53,694 bases of DNA. Source: a virus. Its lineage: Duplodnaviria; Caudoviricetes. This document shows, one piece after another, positions 10,063 to 19,194 of the stretch; position 1 is the first letter of the stretch; each line of letters opens with the position of its first letter. The position numbers and the translations under genes are program-made. The stretch is taken from positions 1-53,694 of the IMG/VR virus record IMGVR_UViG_3300026382_000022, one strand, 5' to 3'. A model generated the notes under the pieces. It was not told where the DNA came from. It ran no database searches and saw nothing but the letters and a program-made list of their open reading frames with translations.

Positions 10063-10502
10063 TATAATCCTCCTAACTGTTTATTAAGATTAAACAATAT
10101 TTTATCATTATTGTCTTCTTCACTAATTATAACCTCACATTTTTTAAGCTTATAGACAGTCTTAACTTTAGGTTTAGTGTTAACTTTAAGTTTTAAAGAT
10201 TCTATAATATTTAATAATTCTATTTCTTTATGTTTAGTAACAGAATATTGTGATTTACAAAGTGCTACAGATTTATTAGCATCTCTTTTAATATCATCTA
10301 AAGTTTTTAAATTATCTAAATTCACTTTTGATAATCTTTCAACTTCTCTAGAAGATTTATCTAATTCAGTTTTATACATGTGTATATCTTCATTAAGATT
10401 ATTTATAGTGGATTTTAAATTTATTATATAAATACCAATAAATGCTATTATTAAAGCAACTAAAATAGTTTTCCAATTTTTTAATAAAAATGAAATACCC
10501 AT
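10062..10502 (-). CDS. Inner-membrane spanin (Rz-like)
   Basis: Single N-terminal TM helix followed by a coiled coil with two Cys; abuts the lipoprotein gene. Confidence 0.7.
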   Translation of the reverse strand: MGISFLLKNWKTILVALIIAFIGIYIINLKSTINNLNEDIHMYKTELDKSSREVERLSKVNLDNLKTLDDIKRDANKSVALCKSQYSVTKHKEIELLNIIESLKLKVNTKPKVKTVYKLKKCEVIISEEDNNDKILFNLNKQLGGL

Positions 10503-11194
10503 TATTTATCCTTTAGTACTTTACCAAATTCCCAAGAATATGCTGGTATCTTTTTACCGTCCATAACTATATAACCATGTTCCATCCAACCAAATATTCT
10601 ACCTTTTATAACAAAAGAAAATACTTTAGCAGGATCTAAAGTTTGGTTAAATTTATAATTAAAATTATATGCAGGGTTTCTTAAAGTCCACCAGAACACA
10701 CTCCAGAATTCATATAATGGACATCTAGATCTATTATCACCAAGATCAAATGTATTACCTTTTATATCGGAATTATCAGCATATTCAACTGCTTTTTTAA
10801 GTTTTTCAACTATGAATTCAGGCATCCATTTTTTTCTTTCTTTATTAATAATAGTTAAGTTAAAACCTTTACTATATGTATCCTCATTAGCATCATCATC
10901 TAACAATAGCCAAAATGGTAATAAGAAATAATATTGTAATGTATTAACTTTATTCTTTTTAACAAAACCATCAATATTACCATGTCCGTGATTAAATAAT
11001 ATCCAACCACCTAACACTCTCTTAGGTTCTCTTTCCCAAAGTCTTTTTAATATAATACCATTTTCTAAATGATAGTTATAAATTCTATTTCTAAGATATG
11101 CTCTAAAAGGTATAACTAAGAAAATGAATGGAAAAACTATACGTCTAATAATCACTGTAAATAATACAAATAAATAATATGAATACTTATACAT
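10502..11194 (-). CDS. Membrane-associated phage protein (W-x-x-RNPAYNF family)
   Basis: Hydrophobic N-terminus; WLLLDDD...DTY, FDLGD.R and FWWTLRNPAYNF motifs; paralog at 46666..47328. Confidence 0.55.
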   Translation of the reverse strand: MYKYSYYLFVLFTVIIRRIVFPFIFLVIPFRAYLRNRIYNYHLENGIILKRLWEREPKRVLGGWILFNHGHGNIDGFVKKNKVNTLQYYFLLPFWLLLDDDANEDTYSKGFNLTIINKERKKWMPEFIVEKLKKAVEYADNSDIKGNTFDLGDNRSRCPLYEFWSVFWWTLRNPAYNFNYKFNQTLDPAKVFSFVIKGRIFGWMEHGYIVMDGKKIPAYSWEFGKVLKDK

Positions 11195-11196
11195 AA

Positions 11197-11427
11197 TTAC
11201 TCCTCTACTTTAGTTTCGAAATGACTTTTTAAAATTAATGTTAACGCACCGAATACAGCACCAACTATCACATTTAATGTCATAGGATCAATACCTTTAA
11301 CATCATTAATCCAAGTAGGACTAACTATTAACCAAGCTAAATACATAAAAAATGCTAAAACTATATATCTAGCGCCTAATTTAATATTAGGTTTTTTACA
11401 ATCACATTTTTTCTTTTCTTCACTCAT
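11197..11427 (-). CDS. Holin-like small membrane protein
   Basis: 76 aa, two TM helices, charged termini, located in lysis cassette. Confidence 0.5.
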   Translation of the reverse strand: MSEEKKKCDCKKPNIKLGARYIVLAFFMYLAWLIVSPTWINDVKGIDPMTLNVIVGAVFGALTLILKSHFETKVEE

Positions 11428-12064
11428 GGTTTAACTCCTCTTTTAATTTGTCACAATCTATAATCATAGACTGTAATTTGTATATATTATTATCATTAGG
11501 TATTTTAAAACATTGTTGAAAATCTTTATATTTTAAAATCTTATAATAATCTTTTGGTATTTGTATATCTTTAAACTTTTCTTCAGTATATGTAATTATA
11601 GTTAAAACATCTATATAAGGGTACTCAGTAGCTAAAGTTCTAATATAGTCCTCTACTACCAGATAACTATATTTATTCGTTCTAGGGTACTGCAATGTAA
11701 CATTAGACATAACATATGTCTCTTTTAAAGATCTTATAGAAAAATCCTGACTAGCATCAGACACTATAGTATGTCCTAAATTAAAATTAGAATTTTTAAA
11801 TTTAGAAGAATACACTCTATATTTTCTAGGTATTCTAGTATCAGATCTAAAATAATATTTTGTTGTAATATTATATTTATTAACTTTATCATCTAACCTA
11901 ACATACCCAGCTATAGGTGATTTATAATTTAAATCATAACATACATTATAATACCTATTAACTAATAATACCTCACAATTATCTATATACTCTTTTTTTA
12001 AATCTGTGAACATACCAGCTATCAATAATACTGGTAACCAAACTAACACTAAAATCTTTCTCAT
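11420..12064 (-). CDS. Secreted DNA/RNA non-specific endonuclease (NucA/Endonuclease_NS family)
   Basis: Signal peptide MRKILVLVWLPVLLIA; F..D.RIP...R, xxGH (NLGH), TY.MSN...Q...N and IPK.YYK motifs. Confidence 0.8.
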   Translation of the reverse strand: MRKILVLVWLPVLLIAGMFTDLKKEYIDNCEVLLVNRYYNVCYDLNYKSPIAGYVRLDDKVNKYNITTKYYFRSDTRIPRKYRVYSSKFKNSNFNLGHTIVSDASQDFSIRSLKETYVMSNVTLQYPRTNKYSYLVVEDYIRTLATEYPYIDVLTIITYTEEKFKDIQIPKDYYKILKYKDFQQCFKIPNDNNIYKLQSMIIDCDKLKEELNHE

Positions 12065-12456
12065 GAATATTCTGTCCTTATTTTATTATTTTCTATATAA
12101 ATTTTCTTTATTAAACTAACACCATTAGGTACATCACCTGATAATGTAAAGATTATTAAATTCTCATTTCGCATATCAGTTATCTTAGTTATTACTTTAT
12201 CATCAGGTAATAAATACTTAGTAACATAGTAATCATCATTACTTGTATCTACAATATAAGGGAAACTTAATATATTTTGTGCTATGATTTCATATGTTGC
12301 TGGCAACACTACTGTTTTAATATTTTCAGTTATTTCATCGCCAGTTATGTTATCTTCATCACCATTACAATTATCTAAAAGATTACATAATGGATAGTTA
12401 TTAGTTGCTAATAATTTAAGATTATTTAATTTTTCTACTAATAATTCATTCATCAT
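12061..12456 (-). CDS. Hypothetical protein
   Basis: 131-aa ORF, translationally coupled to neighbours. Confidence 0.5.
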   Translation of the reverse strand: MMNELLVEKLNNLKLLATNNYPLCNLLDNCNGDEDNITGDEITENIKTVVLPATYEIIAQNILSFPYIVDTSNDDYYVTKYLLPDDKVITKITDMRNENLIIFTLSGDVPNGVSLIKKIYIENNKIRTEYS

Positions 12457-12946
12457 TATTATGTCCTAATCTATGTTTAGATAATCTATACATATCAGCA
12501 GGTGATAGATCAGATGGTGTAACATCAATATATTCATCTACTAATAATAGTTGTAAAATTTTACTAGCTATCTCACTACAGAACCATTTATTCTTATCAT
12601 CCATACCTAATTTAATAAATTGTGATAAAAATATACCACACATATCATATGGGTTACCATCTCTTTCAAATATAAATTTATAAATTTTATCATATTGTTC
12701 ATCAGTAACCAATATTTTACCAAAATCTATAATTGTCCATTTATCAGTTATATATGGTTTAAGTGGGTGTATGTAAATACCTTCTTTAGGATCTGCAGAG
12801 ATCCACATATTATCTAAAATTAATTCTACATGATAATGTATACCTTTAGTTCTAACTTGTATACCTTTAGCTATTATTTTATCTATCATAGTAGCATCAT
12901 CACTAACTTTATGTTTTAAAGCTATTTTAACTTCCATACTTTTCAT
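12446..12946 (-). CDS. Permuted papain-like NlpC/P60 enzyme (YiiX/YaeF-like)
   Basis: His-before-Cys order: HYHVEL ... G.PYD..G ... KWFCSEI ... SP.D; start MKSM with AAGGA RBS. Confidence 0.8.
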   Translation of the reverse strand: MKSMEVKIALKHKVSDDATMIDKIIAKGIQVRTKGIHYHVELILDNMWISADPKEGIYIHPLKPYITDKWTIIDFGKILVTDEQYDKIYKFIFERDGNPYDMCGIFLSQFIKLGMDDKNKWFCSEIASKILQLLLVDEYIDVTPSDLSPADMYRLSKHRLGHNNDE

Positions 12947-12983
12947 ATTGAATTCCTTATTTGTATTCAAAAAAAAGAGATAT

Positions 12984-13012
12984 ACACTACTAGCTATATT
13001 AGCTAGTAGTGT
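12984..13012 (-). terminator. Intrinsic terminator after endolysin
   Basis: ACACTACTAGCT-atatt-AGCTAGTAGTGT stem followed on the minus strand by a T-rich run. Confidence 0.7.
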
Positions 13013-13014
13013 GT

Positions 13015-13644
13015 TTAATACAGATTATCTAATCTATTATTCCAACCTTTTAAATATAAAAGATATTTATCAGGATTAGAAACAACTAAGTCAGCATAAT
13101 ATCTACGCATATTAGAAATAGTTTCAAACTTAAAAACATAAGTCATTAATGGTTTATTAAAATCTAAAGACTCTAAAGCATTTTTAGTTTTAGTACCATA
13201 CTGACCATCTACAGTTGAGAGTTGTTCTTTAGGTATATCTAAAATATTAGATTTTTGTAAATGTATCAATGTTCTTTGTATAGATTTCCAAGTACCTGTT
13301 ATAGAATTAGTATAGAGATTAAAAATCATTATTTGTAACTCTTTAGGAAATAGTTCTAAATGAGCACCATAAAGATACCTATCGTAAAATTCACTTAACA
13401 TGACTTTTATCATAGTTTTATCTAAATGTTGATCTACTAGATCTATTTCTTCTTTAGTCCATTCTGAAGAAGGTGTTTCTATATTTAAAGTAGAAGCAAC
13501 TGTATCTATATAACTAAATATAGCTGCATCACCATGTGCTTTTCTATATACACCACCTGGTGTGGTGATATCATCTTCAGTAGAATTTCTGTGTAAATAT
13601 TCACCTTCTACTTTTAAAATGTAATTCAATAACTCATCTGTCAT
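13015..13644 (-). CDS. Endolysin, GH108-like lysozyme with C-terminal PG_binding_3-like motif
   Basis: N-terminal ILKVEG.Y...T..GGV, 'VDGQYGTKT' and terminal 'YLKGWNNRL'; start MTDEL with AAGGA RBS. Confidence 0.75.
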   Translation of the reverse strand: MTDELLNYILKVEGEYLHRNSTEDDITTPGGVYRKAHGDAAIFSYIDTVASTLNIETPSSEWTKEEIDLVDQHLDKTMIKVMLSEFYDRYLYGAHLELFPKELQIMIFNLYTNSITGTWKSIQRTLIHLQKSNILDIPKEQLSTVDGQYGTKTKNALESLDFNKPLMTYVFKFETISNMRRYYADLVVSNPDKYLLYLKGWNNRLDNLY

Positions 13645-13697
13645 ATAAAATCCTTGTATGGAGTAGTGTGTGACCACTACTCTAAGTTTGTGATATA

Positions 13698-16600
13698 TTA
13701 GCTTAACATATCTAATTGTGTTGTTAATGGTTCAACAACAGTAGTATCTTTTTTAGAAGCTCTTATTTTACGTTGGATAGCTCTACCTTGTTTAGTAAGA
13801 GTATCGTATTTATTAATAAAATAAGTTCCGTCGAAAGTTTTAGAAACAACTGGTAATTTAACAGATTTATCTAAAATGTATGCTTCATCAGGAGCTTCTG
13901 TTAATTCATCAAATGATAAAGTGTATTGATTTAAATCTTTTCCTAATTTAAAAGTATAAACTTTACCAGCACCAGAAGCTGTAGTATCTTCACCATAAGC
14001 ACCTACTAGAGCCACTAGTCCATCACTAGATAATGCTACACCACTACCAAAATAATCACTAGCTTCTATATCACTAGATTGGAACATATTTACTTCAGTC
14101 CAATCATCATCTATAGTAGCTCTTTTATAAGTATATACTTTACCAGCATTAGTAGCTGTAGCATCTTCATTAAAAGCACCTACTAGAGCTACTAAACCAT
14201 CACCAGATAATGCTACTGATATACCAAAATAATCATCAGCTTCTACATCACTAGATTGGAACATATTTACTTCAGTCCAGTCATCATCTATACTATCTCT
14301 TTTATATGTATAAACTTTACCAGCATTAGATGCTGTGGTGTCTTCATATAAAGCACCTACTAAAGCCGTTAAACCATCACTAGATAATGCTACTGATATA
14401 CCAAAATTATCACCTTCTTCTATATCACTAGATTGGAACATATTGACTTCAGTCCAGTCATCATCTATAGTAGCTCTTTTATAAGTATATACTTTACCAG
14501 CACCATCAGCAGTAGTATCTTCAGCATGGGCACCTACTAAAGCTACTAGTCCATCACTAGATAACGCTACTGATGTACCAAATTTATCATCAGCTTCTAT
14601 ATCACTAGATTGGAACATATTAACTTCAGTCCAGTTATCATCTATAGTATCTCTTTTATAAGTATATACTTTACCAGCATTACCAACTGTAGTATCTTCA
14701 TAATATGCACCCACTAGTGCTACTAATCCATCACCAGATAGTGCTACCGATCTACCAAAATAATCATTAGCTTCTATATCACTAGATTGGAACATATTTA
14801 CTTCAGTCCAGTCATCATCTATAGTATCTCTTTTATAAGTATATACCTTACCAGCATCAGAAGCTGTGGTATCTTCTTGATAAGCACCTACTAAAGCTAC
14901 TAGTCCATCACCAGATAATGCTGTACTGATACCAAAATAATCACTAGCCTCTATATCACTAGATTGGAAACTATTGATTTCTTTAGGATGTTCTAAATCT
15001 AAATCATACACTATTTCAGATGTAACATTATTCACTGTAACTTCAGAACCATCTAAAATAACTTTATCATCTACCATTATAGGTAAATCTTTTTCAGTTT
15101 TACCAACATATTCAGTTGTTGTAGAACTTACTTTTTCTAATTCTACATTACCTTTATAATAAGCATCTATGATATTAGAAGTTAAATTATGGTTAGGTAG
15201 CATCATTTTATATTTAGTAACACCATTATCATCAATAGTAGTAATATCACCAGGCATTGCTTCTACACTATTAACTATTAATAATGAATTTTTAAGTGGA
15301 TTAACAGATACTAAATAAGAACCATCAGAAACTGTTAATGGATCTAGTTCAATATGTTCTTCTGGTAATGTTAACATTTTAGAAGGAGTATCTTCTAAAC
15401 TAATAGAAACTTCTACTTCATCACCATAGTAAAATGATACTGGTAATGTTGATACTGGAGTTTGAAGTTCCATTTTGAAACCATTTAATAGCTTATAAGT
15501 ATAAACCTTTCCCGCATTAGATACTGTAGTATCTTCATTAAAAGCACCTACTAGAGCTACTAACCCATCACTAGATAATGCTACTGATCTACCAAATCTA
15601 TCATCAGCTTCTATATCACTAGATTGGAACATATTTACTTCAGTCCAGTCATCATCTATAGTAGCTCTTTTATAAGTATATACCTTACCAGCATCAGTAG
15701 CTGTAGTATCTTCTCTTGTAGCACCTACTAGTACTACTAGACCATCACCAGATAATGCTACTGATACACCAAAATAATCACTAGCCTCTATATCACTAGA
15801 TTGGAAACTATTTACTTCAGTCCAGTCATCATCTATAGTAGCTCTCTTATAAGTATAAACTTTACCTGCATTAGAAGCTGTAGTGTCTTCAAGAAATGCG
15901 CCTACTAGAGCTACCAGACCATCATCGGATAATGCTACTGATACACCAAAATTATCATTCTCTCCCACATCACTAGATTGGAACATATTTACTTCAGTCC
16001 AATCATCATCTATAGTAACTCTTTTATAAGTATAAACTTTACCTGCACCAGGAGCGGTAGTATCTTCAGCATGGGTACCTACTAGAGCAACTAACCCATC
16101 ACTAGATAACGCTACTGATACACCAAAATAATCACCTTCTTCTATATCACTAGATTGAAAACTATTTACTTCAGTCCAGTTATCGTCTATAGTAGCTCTT
16201 TTATAAGTATAAACTTTACCAGCATTAGAAGCTGTAGTATCTTCATTACGAGCACCTACTATAGCCACTAGACCATCGCCAGATAATGCTACTGACCCGC
16301 CAAAATAGTCACCTTCTTCTACATCACTAGATTGAAAACTATTTACTTCAGTCCAGTTATCATCTATAGTAGCTCTTTTATAAGTATATACCTTACCAGC
16401 ATTAGAAGCTGTAGTGTCTTCATAATGAGCACCTACTAATGCTACTAACCCATCATTAGATAACGCTACTGATATACCAAAATGATCACCTTCTTCTACA
16501 TCACTAGATTGGAAACTATTGATTTCATCAGCTATTAAAATTGGTTCAGTATTTTCTACGATATTTCCTAATTTAAAAGTATAAACTTTACCAGCACCAG

Positions 16601-17882
16601 AAGCTGTAGTATCTTCACCATAAGCACCTACTAGAGCCACTAGTCCATCACTAGATAATGCTACACCATTACCAAAATAATCATCAGCTTCTACATCACT
16701 AGATTGGAACATATTTACTTCAGTCCAGTCATCATCTATACTATCTCTTTTATATGTATAAACTTTACCAGCATCAGTAGCTGTAGTATCTTTTTTACGT
16801 GCACCTACTAAAACCATTAAACCATCACCAGATAATGCTACTGATCTACCAAAATAATCACCTTCTTCTATATCACTAGATTGGAACATATTTACTTCAG
16901 TCCAGTCATCATCTATAGTATCTCTTTTATAAGTATAGACTTTTCCAGCATTAGTAGCTATGGTATCTTCAGTTTCAGCACCTACTAAAGCCACTAACCC
17001 ATCACCAGATAATGCTACTGATCTACCAAAATGATCACCTTCTTCTATATCACTAGATTGGAACATATTGACTTCAGTCCAGTCATCATCTATAGTAGCT
17101 CTTTTATAAGTATAGACTTTTCCAGCATTAGAAGCTGTAGTGTCTTCATCACGTGCACCTACTAGAGCCACTAATCCATTACTAGATAACGCTACCCCAG
17201 CACCAAATAAATCACTTTCTTCCACATCACTAGATTGAAAACTATTTACTTCAGTCCAGTCATCATCTATAGTAGCTCTCTTATAAGTATATACTTTACC
17301 AGCAGCAGTGGCTGTGGTGTTTTCAGAATCTGCACCCACTAGAGCTACTAACCCGTTACCAGATAATGCTACTGAACTACCAAAATGATCATCAGTTTCT
17401 ATATCACTAGATTGGAACATATTTACTTCAGTCCAGTCATCATCTATAGTAGATCTTTTATAAGTATATACTTTACCAGCATCAGAAGCTGTAGTGTCTT
17501 CAGCGTAAGCGCCTACTAGAGCAACTAATCCATCACCAGATAATGCTATTGCTGTACCAAAATGATCATTTTCTTGTATATCACTAGATTGGAACATATT
17601 GATTTCATCAGGTGTATCTAGTAATACTAATTTTTCATTAAATGCTTTACTAACAATATTAGACTCAACAGCACTACCATCAACACTTAATACTTTCTCA
17701 CCAGCTTTAGGCATTCTACCTAGAGTTTTAACTTCTATTTTATCATCTTTAGAACCAACTACTTCTATTACATTAGTAGCATACTTTAACTCTGTTTCTT
17801 TTGCAGCAACCCAATCTTTTTCACCACTATCTTGTTCTGTAATATTCTCTATATATACAGCATTATCTTTTATAGAAATCAT
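13698..17882 (-). CDS. Large FG-GAP repeat beta-propeller protein, putative tail fibre/receptor-binding adhesin
   Basis: 18 copies of a 59-aa unit (D.FG.SVALS.DG..ALVGA..ED.....AGKVY.YKR.....W) in three blocks of six. Confidence 0.85.
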   Translation of the reverse strand: MISIKDNAVYIENITEQDSGEKDWVAAKETELKYATNVIEVVGSKDDKIEVKTLGRMPKAGEKVLSVDGSAVESNIVSKAFNEKLVLLDTPDEINMFQSSDIQENDHFGTAIALSGDGLVALVGAYAEDTTASDAGKVYTYKRSTIDDDWTEVNMFQSSDIETDDHFGSSVALSGNGLVALVGADSENTTATAAGKVYTYKRATIDDDWTEVNSFQSSDVEESDLFGAGVALSSNGLVALVGARDEDTTASNAGKVYTYKRATIDDDWTEVNMFQSSDIEEGDHFGRSVALSGDGLVALVGAETEDTIATNAGKVYTYKRDTIDDDWTEVNMFQSSDIEEGDYFGRSVALSGDGLMVLVGARKKDTTATDAGKVYTYKRDSIDDDWTEVNMFQSSDVEADDYFGNGVALSSDGLVALVGAYGEDTTASGAGKVYTFKLGNIVENTEPILIADEINSFQSSDVEEGDHFGISVALSNDGLVALVGAHYEDTTASNAGKVYTYKRATIDDNWTEVNSFQSSDVEEGDYFGGSVALSGDGLVAIVGARNEDTTASNAGKVYTYKRATIDDNWTEVNSFQSSDIEEGDYFGVSVALSSDGLVALVGTHAEDTTAPGAGKVYTYKRVTIDDDWTEVNMFQSSDVGENDNFGVSVALSDDGLVALVGAFLEDTTASNAGKVYTYKRATIDDDWTEVNSFQSSDIEASDYFGVSVALSGDGLVVLVGATREDTTATDAGKVYTYKRATIDDDWTEVNMFQSSDIEADDRFGRSVALSSDGLVALVGAFNEDTTVSNAGKVYTYKLLNGFKMELQTPVSTLPVSFYYGDEVEVSISLEDTPSKMLTLPEEHIELDPLTVSDGSYLVSVNPLKNSLLIVNSVEAMPGDITTIDDNGVTKYKMMLPNHNLTSNIIDAYYKGNVELEKVSSTTTEYVGKTEKDLPIMVDDKVILDGSEVTVNNVTSEIVYDLDLEHPKEINSFQSSDIEASDYFGISTALSGDGLVALVGAYQEDTTASDAGKVYTYKRDTIDDDWTEVNMFQSSDIEANDYFGRSVALSGDGLVALVGAYYEDTTVGNAGKVYTYKRDTIDDNWTEVNMFQSSDIEADDKFGTSVALSSDGLVALVGAHAEDTTADGAGKVYTYKRATIDDDWTEVNMFQSSDIEEGDNFGISVALSSDGLTALVGALYEDTTASNAGKVYTYKRDSIDDDWTEVNMFQSSDVEADDYFGISVALSGDGLVALVGAFNEDATATNAGKVYTYKRATIDDDWTEVNMFQSSDIEASDYFGSGVALSSDGLVALVGAYGEDTTASGAGKVYTFKLGKDLNQYTLSFDELTEAPDEAYILDKSVKLPVVSKTFDGTYFINKYDTLTKQGRAIQRKIRASKKDTTVVEPLTTQLDMLS
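13945..17606 (-). repeat. 177-bp tandem coding repeats, 3 blocks x 6 units
   Basis: TCACTAGATTG(G/A)AA recurs at 177-bp spacing (e.g. 14071, 14248); blocks approx. 13945-14980, 15490-16527, 16570-17606. Confidence 0.95.
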
Positions 17883-17899
17883 TTATATCTTCCTTATTA

Positions 17900-18472
17900 T
17901 TAAAATTTAAAATTTGTACTAAAATATTTATTAGTATTAAAATCTGCATTACTTAAAGCAGTATCACCAATGATAGGTACATAAACTATATTTAAATTAT
18001 ATGTAACTAAATTACTTCTAACTTTACCAACAACACTACCATAAATAGTTATTGTATCTGTAGTGTCAACACCATCACTAATATCTGGTGCTCTATATTT
18101 AAAAGTACCATTAGTATTATTTATATTACTTATAGTGCCCTTATCTACAGTTATCTCATAAACTGTACCAGGTACATGATTAGTTATATTAACACTAATT
18201 TCTTCATTTTCATTTATACCAGTTGGTATATCTAAAACAGGACTAGGTGCAATAGGTAATAAATCTAAAATATTATCTACAGTAACCAACTCATTAGCAG
18301 GAACACCACCAACTTTTAAAGTATTGACAGCCTGTTGTACTAGTAATCCTACAGGAGTGCCGTCTATCAATGTAGCCATTCCATTAGAAGCTATTAAAAC
18401 TTCTCCAAAACTTAATTTTCTATTATTATAAACTAAATATCCATCTCTACTTAGTCTCCAAGTATCAGCCAT
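17900..18472 (-). CDS. Tail fibre-associated protein, paralog of 18491..19099
   Basis: Shared DG.LV, TLKVGGV.A....T and D.AL.N.D...NK.....F.F/Y motifs. Confidence 0.55.
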   Translation of the reverse strand: MADTWRLSRDGYLVYNNRKLSFGEVLIASNGMATLIDGTPVGLLVQQAVNTLKVGGVPANELVTVDNILDLLPIAPSPVLDIPTGINENEEISVNITNHVPGTVYEITVDKGTISNINNTNGTFKYRAPDISDGVDTTDTITIYGSVVGKVRSNLVTYNLNIVYVPIIGDTALSNADFNTNKYFSTNFKF

Positions 18473-18490
18473 AATTATTCCTTATATTTT

Positions 18491-19099
18491 TTAATATTCA
18501 AATCCATCATTATAATCTTTATTAGCTTTATAATCAGGATTAACTAATGCTTGATCTGCTCTAACATTATCAGTATATATGTTTATATTTTTACTAAATG
18601 TATCAGATCTAATACAGCCTTTATCTATAGCTATAACATTTAAAGTAGTTATTACATCAGAATCTAATTCTGGTGTAACTAATTTTATTTCACCAGCAGC
18701 AGTAATACTAACATCACCCACTACACTAGTAGCTTGGTATAAAAATTCACTATTATAATTTTCTATAGTACCAACTAATGTATCACCACCATTTACACCA
18801 TCACCAATAGTAATTATTGGTGTTTCAGTAACTGGTATAGTGTCTCTATAATTTAATTTAGTTAAAACATTTTCTGCTAAAACTCCACCTACTTTAAGTG
18901 TATCATCAGCTAGTAATGCTCTTTGAGCTATCTCGGTTTCATCATTAAAGATATCTCCTAATAGATTAGCAATATCTATAATATTATTATATCCATCTAT
19001 TAGTTTACCGTCATTATATCTTATAAATTCACCTAACTTTACTTTGGTATCTTGAAAAACAAGATTACCATCTTTATCAACTCTCATCTTTACAGACAT
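18491..19099 (-). CDS. Tail fibre-associated protein, paralog of 17900..18472
   Basis: Same shared motifs; AAGGAG RBS; first gene of the fibre operon. Confidence 0.55.
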   Translation of the reverse strand: MSVKMRVDKDGNLVFQDTKVKLGEFIRYNDGKLIDGYNNIIDIANLLGDIFNDETEIAQRALLADDTLKVGGVLAENVLTKLNYRDTIPVTETPIITIGDGVNGGDTLVGTIENYNSEFLYQATSVVGDVSITAAGEIKLVTPELDSDVITTLNVIAIDKGCIRSDTFSKNINIYTDNVRADQALVNPDYKANKDYNDGFEY

Positions 19100-19165
19100 A
19101 TAATCTCCTTGTGGATTACTCTATTACTACTTACATAACAGTATTTCAAGAAAAAGAAAAAAGAC

Positions 19166-19189
19166 CACAGTTAGCATAAGCTAACTATG
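19166..19189 (-). terminator. Intrinsic terminator after helicase
   Basis: Minus strand CATAGTTAGC-ttat-GCTAACTGTG followed by GTCTTTTTCTTTTT. Confidence 0.65.
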
Positions 19190-19194
19190 ATCTG

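Noticed and set aside
13945-17606. CRISPR array or DGR target in the 177-bp repeats
   Set aside because: Repeats are in-frame coding units with no unique spacers. There is no reverse transcriptase or template repeat in the window, and variation is not restricted to adenines.
3219-17910. Short plus-strand ORFs antisense to structural genes (e.g. 3819..4043, 4557..4811, 7028..7555, 7577..7849, 10177..10431, 17599..17910)
   Set aside because: Ser/Leu/Ile-rich shadow frames fully overlapping convincing minus-strand genes.
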